Assembly: GCF_036321535.1 (NCBI RefSeq)
Contig: NC_087437.1
Location: forward strand, 50,904,001 to 50,968,000
Origin: Camelus dromedarius
Taxonomy: Eukaryota
Reading direction: 5' to 3'
DNA: 64,000 nucleotides
The translations under genes were made by a program, and so were the position numbers. Positions 50,813 to 63,502 of this stretch are shown here, piece by piece. Each line of letters begins with the position of its first letter. The first letter of the stretch is position 1. The notes beneath the pieces are model-generated. The model was not told the DNA's origin. It saw only the letters and a list, made by a program, of their open reading frames with translations, and did not search any database.

Positions 50813-52187
50813 TTATATACGAATGTTACATATGAACTGTTATATACAAATGTCAGAGGCTCTGGCAAAGTTTAATGAAGAGAAGGAGAAGGACTCTCAT
50901 ACGGGATTTAAAAGGCCAACAGGCAGAAGCTAGAGGACACCTCCAGTGAATCAGAGTCAAAAGGAAGGCATAACAGGCAAGCCCAATAGGAAGAATTCCC
51001 AAATCCTGAGAGCCATCCCAGGCTGGCCTGTAACTACCTCAAGCAAGAGATCAAGAAACAAACCCAGATAATTAAATGACTTGCCCAAAATCATGCAGCT
51101 GGTTAGTAGCTGAAACGGGACTACAGCTCAGGACTTGCAGCTCCTGAGTCAACACCTTAACCACCGCCCCAGGGTGAGGTAACACGAACAGGACTTCATT
51201 TGTGTCTTACCTGTAAGTGGGAGGTAGCTGGAAATCCATCCATACCTCAGATAAGAGTAGCTTTGCCTTCCGTCCTGTGCCCTCCTTCTGAAGGCCCAGA
51301 GGACAGAACCTGCAGCTTCTCCCTCAGGTCAGGGTTCACCTGGTATTCCTGGCTCGCGGTGGAGTGCTCTAGTCTCTCCCCTGCCCATCCCGCAGACACT
51401 GCTGGCCTGGTCTCTCCCCACTGCCCAATTCAAGGCTGCTCAACACTCCTAGGCTCCTGCCCATCAAATGGCCAGCACTGGGCCCCTCAGGCCAACTCCT
51501 CTAGACAACCATGTTCCAGCATAATAGTAACAAAAGATAAATGCTTTCATAGAGAACAATGAGCTGGGGGACTGCTTGAGTCAGAAACAGAGTTGGAAAA
51601 TTGCTTGAGAAAGAGCACAAGGCTAATCTAAATGCGGAGCCCAGAAACCAAAATCTCTGAGTGCAGGGCCAAGGCCAGAGCCAACTCCTCCATAATTGAA
51701 GAGGATTCTTTTTAAAAGATCTCAGTCAAGGCTTTATTTTCTCTTACAAATTCCACATACAGCACACACTTTACGTGGCATAACTTTACATGTTTTGTCA
51801 ATATAACAAAAGGCTTGTCATATATGGGTTATAGTTTTTCAAAACTTTCCATTCAGGGCCACCTAGCCTGGTCCTTGAGCATTACCATGGACGGTCCTCG
51901 CAGATCTGAACTTAAGGAAGGCCAGGTGTTCCCAAGGCCCCCTCCAGGCTGTTCCAACCAATCTCTCTCTGAAACAATGTCCACAAAATAGGGAGTCAAA
52001 ATTTGGAAGTGCCTTCTTAAAGGCAGCTGTGAGGCCAATCAAACATGCAAGCCCTTAGGTGGTTCCAAGGGCTAATGGAGGCAACTGATGGCAAAAGCTT
52101 AGACTGACTCTCAACAAATGATAAAATCAAGAAAGTTTGTTCTTAATAAATCGCCCCACAGCCGCAATATTTCTTTCTATCTTTTTT

Positions 52188-53275
52188 ACTTTTTTAATTG
52201 AAGTATGATTGATTTACAATATTATATTAGTTTCAGGTGTACAACATAATGATTCAATGTTATTATATACATTATATTCCATTTAAAGCTATTATAAAAT
52301 AATGGCTATGTTTCCTTGTGCTGTATAATATGTCCTTGTTGCCTATCTATTTTATACAAAATAGTTTGTTCCTCTTAATCCTGTACCCTTATCTTGCCCC
52401 TCCCTCCCTCCCTCTCCCCACTGGTAACCACTAGTTTATTATCCCTAACTGTGAGTCTGTTTCTGTTTTGTTATATTCATTCATTTTATTTTTTAGGTTC
52501 CACAGGTAAGTTATATCATAGAGTATTTGTCTTTGTCTGATGTATTTCATTCACTAAGCATAATACCCTCTAGGTCCATCCATGTTGTTCCAAATGGCAG
52601 AATTTCATTCTTTTTTATGACTGAGTAATATTCCATGGTGTATAAATATATATGCCACATCTTCTTTATCTGTTCCTCTGTTGATGGGCACCTAGGCTTC
52701 TTCCATATCTTGGCTATTAAAAACAATACTGCTTTGAACATTAGGGTGCATGTACTTTTTAAATTAGTATTTTTATTTTCTTCAAATATATATCCAGGAG
52801 TGGAATTGCTGGATCATATCATAGTTCTATTTTTAGTTTTTAGCAGAACCTTCATACTGTTTTCCATATTGGCTGCACCAATTTACATTCCTACCAACAG
52901 TATACTAAGGTTCCCTTTTCTCCACATCCTTGCCAACATGTGTCTTTTGATGATAGCCATTCTGACAGATGTGAGGTAATAGCTTATTGTGGTTTTGATT
53001 TGCATTTCTCTGATGATTTGTGATGTTTCACATGCCTATTGGCCATCTGTATATCTTCTTTGGAAAAATGTCTATTCAGGTCAACTTTTTAATTGGGTTG
53101 TTTTTCTGATATTATGTTGTATAAGCTGTTTATATATTTTGGATGTTAACCCTTTATAGGTAATAAAATTTGCAAATATTGTCTCCCATTCCATAGGTTG
53201 TCTTTTAATTTTGTTGATGGTTTTCCCTGCTGTGCAAAAGCTTTTAAGTTTAATTATTTCCCATTTGTTTATTTC
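52188..53275 (-). mobile_element. 5'-truncated L1 (ORF2 end and 3'UTR)
   Basis: ORF2 C-terminal peptide (IAKIWKKPRCPSTEEQIKKMWHIY...TMEYYS...TTWMDLEGIMLSE). The 3'UTR closely parallels the neighbouring L1. Confidence 0.9.
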
Positions 53276-53384
53276 TATTTCTTTTTTTAAAGATAACTTT
53301 TGTTAGGTGTTTTTCTGATTATAAAACAATAATAAATCACCTTGTTGAAAACTTGAAAAATTCAGAAAAGAATCAAAGTTAACA

Positions 53385-53570
53385 TTTGGTACACTGGAAT
53401 AGATTCATATTGATTCAAGAGATTGAACTGCACACATTTCTTCCCAACTTCAAGTTCAATGATACCATATTGGCTGAAATTGGCCACGAGGGAGCATTTA
53501 TACCACAGAAATGATAAATGCTACAAATCAGAGCTTTTTTTTTTAACCAGCACACAAGTAATACACCACA
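53385..53570. mobile_element. MER63A-like hAT MITE
   Basis: gaaattggccac...atttataccacagaaat...aaatgctacaaatcagagcttttttt. Confidence 0.6.
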
Positions 53571-53963
53571 TTCACCTTTACACTTTTTAGGTCCTGAGGC
53601 TGACTTGAGCCTGTACCACCCTCCCACTCCACTTTAGGCTGTACTATTGGATTGCAGGGAAGTTCTGGCTAAAACCTCTTTTTCTCAAGGTAGCTTAATT
53701 GAGCCCCTGTTCCTTACATCTAAACAGGCATCACTGGAGCAGAGACAGAGCAGTATCAGGGCACTTCTTCATATAACCACACACTAGCCAGCATCCCGCC
53801 CTTCTTCCACAGACCCCACTCCAGATACTTGCTATGGAAGCCAGATCTTCAGCCCAAACTGGCACCTTCAAGCTTCAATACCTGCCCTGAGGGCAAATCC
53901 AGTTTTCTCCTAAAGGGAATTTCCCAATAGACACTGAATTTTTTAAATTGAAGTATAGTTTGC

Positions 53964-54474
53964 TGTAGGGTCTGGTGGGCCGATACATGGGTGATAAAAA
54001 GAATTTACCAGAGACAAAGGAGGGAGATAGAAAAGATGTTTATTGAGTACACTGTTATAGGCGACTGCAGGCCACAGACGAGAGGTGTCTGTGTGCTCTG
54101 AGGGTCGGTTGCTGAGGTCTTTTATAAGGAAGGGTGACCTTTTGCTGCCTGTGCTGACATGACCTCAGGCACAAAGGGGTCACAGGGTGCCTGATCAGCT
54201 TGTGCACAGTTCTCTGATTGGTTGATATTGAGGTGACTGAGGATGGAGGGGGGTCGTGAAAGGGTAGGGATTTATGACTCTGGTAGGGGGTTGTGACCAG
54301 TCCTGGTGGCTAGGCTTCTGGTCAATGTAAGGCTGATCATTGTCCAGAGTAGTTAGTTCAGCTAAGGTAGGTAGATATTAAGAAAAGAATGTTCTTTGTT
54401 ATCTTTAAAGGTCAGCCACTGGATGCTTGAGGGGCCTCGGAGCAGGAATCTGCCAGATGTCTGTGGACCCCACA
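53964..54474 (-). mobile_element. Solo LTR, class II (ERVK/betaretrovirus-like), nested in an L1 3' end
   Basis: Minus-strand termini TGTGGGGTC...GACCCTACA (8/9 inverted repeat). CCAAT 54221-54217, TATAAAA 54126-54120 and AATAAA 54044-54039 lie in LTR order. It interrupts L1 3'UTR sequence with a degenerate duplication (tagtttgc / taggtg). Confidence 0.85.
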
Positions 54475-54529
54475 TAGGTGATTTATAATGTTGTGTTAGT
54501 TTCAGGTGTACAACAAAGTGATTCAGTTT

Positions 54530-54588
54530 TTTAATATATATATATTTTAATAAATATATTATATAAAATATATTATATATATATTTAT
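54530..54588. repeat. AT-rich (TA)n-like low-complexity tract in the L1 3'UTR
   Basis: aatatatatatattttaataaatatattatataaaatatattatatatatattt. Confidence 0.85.
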
Positions 54589-55726
54589 GTAACTCTATTC
54601 TCTGTCAGATTCTTTTCCGTTATAGCTTATTACAAGATATTGAATATAGTCCCCTTTGCTATACAATAGGCCCTTGTTATTTATCTATTTTATATTTAAT
54701 AGTGTGCATATGTTAATCCCAAACTCCCAATTTATCCATTCTCCCCTTTCTCCCTTTAGTAACCATAAGTTTGTTTTCTATGTTTGTGAGTCTACTTCTG
54801 TTTTGTAAATAAGTTCATTTGTATCATTTTATTAGATTCCACACATAAGTGATATCATATGATATTAGTCTTTCTCTGTCTGACTTACTTCACGAAGTAT
54901 GACAGTCTCCATGTCCATCCATGTTGCTACCAATGGCATTATTTCATTCCTTTTAATGGCAGAGTAATATTCCATTGTATATATGTACCACAGCTTCTTT
55001 ACCTATTCTTCTGTTGATGGACATTTAGGTTGCTTCCATGTCTTGGCTATTGTAAATAGTGCTTCTATAAACATTGGGGTGCATATATCTTTTTGAATTA
55101 GAGTTTTCTCCAGATATATGCCCAGGAGTGGGATTGCTGGATCATATGGTAACTCTATTTTTAGTTTTTTAAGGAACCTCCATACTGTCCTCTATAGTGG
55201 CTGCACCAATTGACATTCCCACCAACAGTGTAGGAGGGTTTCTTTTTCTCCACATCCACTCCAGCATTTATTATTGTAGACTTTTGGTGATGGCCATTCT
55301 GACCTGTGTGAGGTGATAGCTCATGGTAGTCTAATTTGCATTTCTCTAATAACTAGCAATGTTGAGCATCTTTTCATTGTGCCTGTTGGCCATCTGGATG
55401 TCTTCTTTGGAGAAATGTCTATTTGGATCTTCTGCTTATTTTTTTGATTGAGTTGTTTTGTTTTGTTTTGTTTGATATTGAGCTGTATGAGCTGTTTGTA
55501 TATTTTGGAAGTTAATCCTTTGTCAGTTGCATCATTTGCAAATATTTCCTCCCATTCTATAGGTTGTCTTTTTGTTTTGTTGATGATTTCCTCAGCTGTA
55601 GACACTGAATTTTGAACAATTTAGTCCCAGGTAGTCTCTCACTCCTTATCTCATTAGACTTCGTGTCCCAGTTTGCCTCTTGATCAGGCTTGCTCAAGGT
55701 ATTACAGGATTCTTTTGGGGGGTGGG

Positions 55727-56271
55727 GCTGGAACTGCCATCTTCCAGTAATTTGATAAATGACCAACACAAAGGGAAAGAGGAGAGACACCCACTGTATG
55801 TTCTCTAAGGCTTTTAGAAAACATGGAATTGTTCTTCAGCCACATCCGTGTGAATCTACAACAAAGGTGATGTTGTAGACATTGTGTTCAAAAAGGAATT
55901 CCCCACAAATGTTCCCATAGCAAAACTGAGAGACTTTAGTGTCACCCAGCCTACTGTTGGCATTGCGGTAAACAAACAAGTTAAAGGTAAGATTCTTGCC
56001 AAGAGAACTAATGTACGTACTGAGACTATTCAGCCCTCTAAGAGCCAAGATGGCTTCCTGAAACGTGTGAAGGAAAACGATCAGAAAAAGAAGGAAGCCA
56101 AGAGAAAAGTACTTGGGTTCAACTGAAGCACCAGCCTGCTCCCCCCAGGGAAGCACACTTTGTGAGAATTAGTGGAAAGGAGCCTGGGCTGCTAGAACCC
56201 ACTCCCTATGAAGTCATGGCATAATAGGTATTTAAAAAAAAAAAAAAAAAGACTTCTGGACTGTGAAAAAA
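55727..56271 (+). pseudogene. RPL21: Processed pseudogene of 60S ribosomal protein L21
   Basis: Intronless. 5'UTR-like ggaactgccatcttccagtaat, ATG at 55759 (MTNTKGKRR...), [29 protein letters not shown]-terminal [11 protein letters not shown] (TAA 56222-56224) and a 3'UTR remnant. Carries a premature TGA at 55851 and several frameshifts. Confidence 0.95.
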
Positions 56272-58264
56272 TATATATTAAGGGCTCCGGTGGCAGCCCT
56301 CAGGTTTGGAGTTCATGGAGGAACGTTAGCCCTGGGAAGAAGTCAGAGGAACAAGGCAAAACTCCAGCCCTGTAGGAACAGCAATACCAACCATGGCACT
56401 CAGAGGACTGAGGCCTGGAGATGGGCATAAGGTTAAAGCAAGGGCAGTTGTTTATAGTTCATGGAAAGGCTTTTAAAAAACAAATCAATGCCTCAGTTTC
56501 TCTATCTGTAAATTGGAGATAATAACAGTACCTACCTTGATGTGTTGTGAAGAGAGGGAAATGAGTTACTACATGTGACCCCTTTAGCACAATGCCTGGC
56601 ATACAGTAAGCACTATTGCAAGCATTTTGCTATTATTATTCGACCCTTTCTGTAGAAAAGAAAGTATGTGCATTTCATTCTAAATCTGGCTTCTGGCTCC
56701 AGACCAGAAAACTCCTTCAGTACAATGGCCTTTGTTACCATCCACAGGCTGTTTATTGTCCCCACGCTATCTTGGATCCTTTCCATGTACTCAGAGCAAA
56801 GGGACCTACAGACCACCGGGGAAATAAACATTCCTGTCCCTCCACCCTGTGCATCAGAAATATTATTCTACCTATAAGTATTTATTCATCTGGGAATTTC
56901 TTCCCTGAAGTAACCCAGATTAGAGGGGTAATTTGAAAACACATTATTTCAAACATAAATATATATATATATTACATCTAGAATACGAAAATACAGTCTT
57001 TTCAAATATATATTGTATATTAGTTATAAACATATTAATATGGTATAGATGATACTATTACTGTGAAGAGCATCATTGTTGAGATGTCACTGGGAGAAGC
57101 ATTCTGTGTGCTTTATCTCATCTTATTGCCCTTTATCCTGATAATTTGATAAAATAGGTTGCCTTCCACTTTTTTACAGCTAAGGAAACTGAGGCTCAAA
57201 ACTGAATTTGGATGCTTTGTTCCAGGTAACACAGGTGGTACTAGGTAAGATATATAGCCTCTGATTTGCCCAATACCCTATTCTAATGGGAAGTTCCCAG
57301 CGCACCTGCCTTGTTGCCCAGAAAGCCATTTTTGGTACTACATGACTCTGCTGCTCCCCCTTGTTACTGACTAGCGTGGATGCCCCCACCCAAAGACAGC
57401 CAAGTGTGTACCAAGATTAGTTCAAGGACACATACAGCTGACTCAAAAGGGTCAGATGAGGACAGTTAGAGACGTTCTCTCTCATTTGAAATAAGAAACA
57501 CAGAGTCTGCCATTTGAGAGAAGAAATAAGAGGCAGAAAGATGTATCAAGAGATAGTGTAAGGACCATGCCAAGTTAAAGCCATTTGGAGGCCAAACTTC
57601 TGAAAAGCATAAACTGTAAGAAGGCAGAGGAAGTTGGAAGGTTAAAGAGGAGGCTGAAGCTGACGTGTAGAGAGTAGTCGAGACAGGTCACCCTGAGACG
57701 CGGGCAGGGCCTGGGGGGCTCCTGTTGCTGACATCCTGAGGTCACTCTGAATCTAGGTCTGCCTTGTAGCTCTATTTACAGCTCTGCTCTTAGATTTCAA
57801 AAGCCTTCTGCCTAGATCCCACTTTTCTTGAAGTAGCTTGATTGAGACTTTCTTCATTACATCCCAATGGGTCTCCCTGGAACAGAAGCAGGACAGTGTT
57901 GTGAAGCTTATCTGTCTGACCTCTGCACACTAACCACTGCACTGCCCTTCCTCCACAGACCAAGGGTATTGCCAGGTGCAGACATGGGCCCTGAAAAAAG
58001 ATCAGAAACCATAGCTGCAGCAGTACTAATTCAGATTTTCTGTTTATACCCAACCCTAGAGTGGATTTTCCACATGAAAAGTTAAAGAGTAAATTGGAAA
58101 TAGCAAAAACTAGAAAGAGTGCATTTTGTCAGTAAAAACAGCCCCAAAACGTTTGCTTATTGCTAACTGCAGGGGAAAGCCATAAAGCAGTAAGTACAGC
58201 ATGTTTCTATTTTTGCAGACATGAGTGTATATGAAAATAGATAGAAGACCAGAAGGAAAGGCAT

Positions 58265-59230
58265 TCATTTATTCATCAAATGTTTCATGAGTATGTTCTC
58301 AGGATACAATGGTAGGCAAAAGGTGACACAGTCCCTACCCTCAGGGAGCTTTCAGTCTAGTGAGGGAGACCAGCACACACACTGCAATCGTTCTAAGTGC
58401 TATGAGGGAGATGCCCTTGGTGGAGAAGCTTTATCAGGGGCAATGTGACCTGGTCAGAGAGATCAGTGAGGGCTTCTCTGCTGACTGAGCTGTGATGGAT
58501 AAGCATGCAATACCTGCATGAAGAGCTGCCCAGGCAGAGGCTACAGCATGGGCACAGCCCAGGGAGGAGGGACCACAGCAAGTATAAGGAACTGGAAGTA
58601 GGCCATGTGGTTGGAGTAAAAATAGTTGGCAGAGAATGGTGTGGAATGGGGCTGGAGAGGTAGGTAGGGCCAGATCATACAGGATCTTATAGGCCACGTT
58701 AAGGAGTTTTGTCTTTATCTCAGAGGAACTCGGGGAGAAGTGGGGGTGGTGTATGTAACATATGATCAGATTTCACTTTGAAAATATCTGTCTCTGTATT
58801 ACTAGGGGCCAGCATAGATGAGCAGGAAGAAAAGGGGTCTAGTGAGGAATCTCTTACAGTAATGCACATGGCATAAGATGGCAACATGGACTGGGAAAGA
58901 AGACTGGGGACAGAAACAAGCTGATGCATTTGAGGCATATATGAAAGTTAAAATTAATAGGATTTGGTGATGGATTGGATATGGAGTGTAAAGAAAAGGA
59001 AATTTTCAAGAATGGCTTAGCTTTCTAGTATGAATAGCTAGATAAATGGAGTTGTCAACACTAATATGGGAAACACTGGGAAAGGAACAGGCTTAGGGGA
59101 GAAGAGTATGAGTTTATTCTTGGTCATGCTGAGTCTGAAGAATCTGAGACATTGGAGATGCACTATCAGGTGAGATATTTGATACACTGTCTAGAGTTCA
59201 AAGGAGAAGTTTGGGTTGGAGGTATAAACT
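58265..59230 (-). mobile_element. L2 LINE 3' portion
   Basis: cattcatttattcatcaaatgttt end motif and long decayed L2 body (gggccagatcatacaggatcttataggccacgttaaggagtttt). Confidence 0.75.
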
Positions 59231-60257
59231 GATGTACAAAAAAATTGACTGTGGTTATTTCTGGATGATAAGCTTCTGTGTGTCTTTTGTTTTAGTCTTT
59301 GTGCTGTTCAGTTTTTCCCAAGTTTTCAGCAATAAACAATATTTTTTTTTCTAAGTAGAGTCTAAAAAAAGAATAAAATGTTCTCTGTGCAAGTAGCAGT
59401 GGGGAGCATTCTACTTCTTGGAGCTGGAATTCATGACCTCAGCAGCAGTGTCCCTAGAATGGGGTTTAGTGCTAATATCTCTTTGGCAATGCCATGTTTC
59501 TTTCACAGGCATTTACGCAGATGTAGGCATCTTCCAAATTGTAACTTGGTGTCCTGAGAAGACCTGTGCGACAGGAGGAGGCCCGCTGTGTAGATGGATG
59601 GTCAAGTTTGGGATCCAGGTGTCTCCCTGACAATTGAGGTATTTTAAAGGGCCCAAAAAACAGCAATATTTCCCCCCTTATCCTGGAGATGAACCAGTTG
59701 TGAAGTAAAACAAAAGAGTTAGGAGATGAGGACCAAATACATGAGGACTAGCTCTGTTGGGGAGTCAGACTGTATAATCAGCAGGTTATCCACCCAGTCA
59801 TGGCAACACTAAACCAAGGCCGGCCCCCACCTTCACCTTACCCCAGAATTGCAAAGTAGGAAACCAAAGGAAGAGGAGAGGAAGAAGCTGTGCCACACAC
59901 CCTGTTTCTACTTCCTCACTCACCATTTTCTCTGAGGCAGGATGACGAGGGATGAAAGGATGCAGGGAAGGTGGGAGAGTAAGGCTAATGCAAGGTGACA
60001 TCAGACGTAGGAGGCACATTCATACTCACCAACACCACCGATGAGTTAATGTATTCAGCTTCAGGTTCTAAATCAAAATAGTTATGTTCCACCACATACA
60101 AGACAGTTATGTTTCCCATGTACTCTTGGGTAGACTCTGAGTCCCTGGTGACTGGCAACAAGTCAACACTAGCTGATTTTTAGCAGAAGTTGAATTTGTT
60201 AGCACAACATTGGGTGTATAATTCTGGTTTGGATTCTGGTTTTAAAAAGAAAAACAA

Positions 60258-60690
60258 CACCCATATTCAGAGCAGCATTATTCGTAATAGTCAAAAGGTG
60301 GAAGCAACCTAAAGATCCATTGACAGATGGATGAATAAATAAAATGTGATATTGACATAGAATGGAACATTATTCTGCCTTAAAAATGAAGGAAATCTTG
60401 TCATATGTTACAACATGGATGAACTTTGAGGAGATTATGCTAAGTGAAATAAGCCAGTTACAAAAAGACGAATGCTGCATGATTCCACGTACATAAAGTA
60501 CCTAAAGCAGTCAAACTCATAGAGACAGACAGTAGAACAATGGTTGCCAGGGCCTGGGAAAAGGGACTTGGGGAGTTAGTGTTTCCTGGGTTTTAGTTTT
60601 TAATTTTGCAAGAAGAGAAGAAGAGTTCTGGAGATTAGTTGCACAACAATGTGAATAGACTTAAAATTTTTGAACTCTACATTTTAAAAT
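60258..60690 (+). mobile_element. L1M (L1MA/MB-type) 3' end
   Basis: gcagcattattcgtaatagtcaaaaggtggaagcaacctaaa...acaacatggatgaactttgaggagattatgctaagtgaaataagccag. Confidence 0.85.
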
Positions 60691-60946
60691 TGTCGATTAA
60701 CATGGTTAAAAAACAGCAGCAGCAACAATAAAAACAGCTAAAGAAAGGAGGGGTTTTTTCCCCCTAGCTTTAACATATTGGGAATATTGGGCACAGGGCA
60801 TTCCAGAGTTCCAAAAGTATTAACATCCAATGTCACATGTTTCAAAACTATCCTTAGATGAAATGGTATTGAATATAGACTTGGGTTTAAAATATAAAAT
60901 TAATCAAAGTTGAGTCTTGGGATATTTAAAATAATCTGACATTTTC

Positions 60947-61034
60947 TTTTTTTTTTTTAAATGGAGGTACTGGGGATTGGACCCAGGATCTTACGGATGC
61001 TAAGCACGCATTCTACCCTGAGCTATACATCCCC
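60947..61034 (-). mobile_element. tRNA-derived SINE (Vic-1-like, short form)
   Basis: Poly-T followed by the reverse complement of the same SINE body. Duplication GACATTTTC at 60938-60946 and 61037-61045. Confidence 0.85.
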
Positions 61035-63502
61035 TAGACATTTTCAATTTATGTGCGAATTCACTTAGCACAAAAGTGATATTAAAGCTTTTATTACATT
61101 GCCTAAAAATTAGCTATAAAGGACATTTTAAGGAAAATCTGGACATGAACTATATTCAGTGATATTATATCAAGGTTAAATTTTTGCATGTGATTATGGC
61201 ATTGTGATTATGTAGGAGAATGTCTTTGTTCTCAGGAGATACATGCCCTTTGAGGGGTAGAGAATCACCTACTTTCAAATGGTTCAGCAAAAGAAAATGT
61301 TTTATATACAGAGAAAGATAAAGCAAAGGGTATGTACAAGCTCATTACACTATACTTTTATATTGTAAATTTAAAATGTTTGGAGGAATGTATAGGGAGC
61401 ACAAAATCTGCAGCTTGGATGGAGAACAAGGCTTGAAAGGTGCAGCAAAGAACAGGCTCAGAGTCACTCTGAAAGATCACCACTTTCCTCGTGCCCAAGT
61501 TAAGATGCTGTAGCTTGCTCCACAGACACTTGGCACAGGCCGGTGGATGCCACTGACAGAGCTTCCCCATGGACTCAGTCTTACAACAACCTCCCAAATG
61601 AGTAAATAAATCCGGCAGAGATGGTCGCCTCCGTGTGTACCATTAGATTAAAGAGTGAACCTGATCAGCTGGGGATAAGATAAAATCATAGCGTGGGGTC
61701 AGGAGTTGGGGAACAGGGACTTCCAATCAATCTCATTTTGAAACAGATAGGTGGCTTTCTCACCCTTAAGATACTTCATCCAAGACCAAAAAAAAAAAAA
61801 GTGATCCAGTCTGTTCGACATTTCGAGCTACAGATTTCCAATATACTTTTAGATGAGAGATGAAAAACAAGGAACACATTGGGTTAATGAAGTCTACTTT
61901 TTCCATATCTCCATTTCAAGGGAAGTTTTCCAGTTTATCTGTGGGAGTATCATTTACATTATCCAGAGATTCCTGAATTAACCTAAATTCTTTTAAACCA
62001 GATATGATTCAGTAGCTCTGATCTTTTATGATTCTTAAAAAATATGTAGGAACTTTTCAACACATACTGAAGGCATTCAGGAAGGACTATTAGATAATCC
62101 CCAGTTTGCTGCTCAGAATTGTGGCTGTAATAAATGAGAAGATAAAATATTATTAAAAGGTGCTGTGTATAACCAATAGTCTATCCACAACACAGTTAAT
62201 CATCATACTAATCCTTCCAGAAACATTATGGCAGGAGATCCTGAGGAAGCTAGCACTCAACAGTAGAAGTCCCTGCTCACTTCTCCAACTCACATCGCCA
62301 CTGTGCAAATTGCTTCCTTCAGTATGGTGTGTGGAAAGGTAATGGTGACTATTACTAACTGATTCAAACTGGGGACTGGAAAACTTAGTCGTCACTTTCT
62401 CATAGGGACAACTGGGATTTGAGTTCTTATACCTGGAGAAAGGGTCCTAGTGTGAAGAGACCCAGGAGATTGGTAGCCCCATTCTAAGAGTCTAAGGGCT
62501 TTGCTTGAGCAAGAAAACAGAAGACCACTGGAAAGGGCCAAACTCTAGAGTCAGAAAGACCTGAATTTTAATTCTAGTTACTGTATTTCCCACACTGTGA
62601 TCTTGACAATTTGCTTGACTTTGCAGATCCTCGGGTTCATCATCTATAAAATGGGTTACCCATCTCATCACATTGCTGTGGTTATCAAATGAGGGATCAT
62701 TATGTAAAGTCCTTGACATCGAACCTGACGTACCATAGTGCTAAATAAGTAACAACTATCATTAAATAGCAAAGAAGAGCAGAGACATAAATTCCCCCCA
62801 GACATGAGAACGATTTTGGCCACTGCCTGCCTGACTGACATGTAAATCATGTCTAACCCTCTCAAAATAGTCCGCCTTAACGGAAAGTCATTTCTTTGTC
62901 TGAAATCGACAAGTACACCCTTCTTGCTAGGCTGCCCCCTTTCCTGAGGGCTCCGTCCTGGGTCATCAACGGGCCCAAAATGACACTGATGATGGGGAGT
63001 TGAAACAGGCTCTTTTTCAAAATTTAAGTTTCACCAATGTTTACTGAAGGCCGAGCATGGGCCAGCCATGGTACTGAACACCAGGGGATGCAGAGGGGAC
63101 TACATATTCCCCAGCCTTGCCTCAAGGAGCTCCCAGACCAAGGAGGCCAACATGAGAACAGAAAATCTCTGAATAGCATGTGGAACATGCAGGTTACTAT
63201 GAGGAAATAAGATACTCTAAATTATATGAAGCCTTTTAGATCCAATCTTTATATATCTTCAACATTTTATTCTGTTTCTTAGTTCATCAGTTCTTTTCCT
63301 TAACATTTAAACACTCAGCAAACATTCAAATGAGAAAACAAAATCCACCACTCTATTTGCTTCAAAAGTTTTCATCTTTGTCTCAATTGTACTAAATTTG
63401 TGAATTCTATGGTTCCTGTCCCTGGCATCAGAGGAGAAGTACCCAATATGGTCTGGAGAAGGCTTAGCCAGAAAGGATCTTTCTGTCACACTCTCTGTGA
63501 GG

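Larger units (their letters stand above)
53943..55598 (-). mobile_element. 5'-truncated L1 (ORF2 end and 3'UTR), interrupted by the LTR
   Basis: ORF2 C-terminal peptide (KTKRQPIEWEEIFANDATDKGL) and typical L1 3'UTR. 15-bp target-site duplication TAGACACTGAATTTT at 53928-53942 and 55599-55613. Confidence 0.92.

Noticed and set aside
52547..55605. ORFs with L1 ORF2 similarity as active retrotransposon genes
   Set aside because: Short, interrupted C-terminal fragments of 5'-truncated copies.
55884..56126. 80-aa ORF as a functional small protein
   Set aside because: A frameshifted fragment of the RPL21 pseudogene starting at GTG.
56235..56250. A16 run as the poly(A) tail of the RPL21 retrocopy
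   Set aside because: RPL21 3'UTR-like sequence (gacttctggactgt) continues after it, so it is probably the internal UTR A-tract; the tail remnant is at about 56266-56271.
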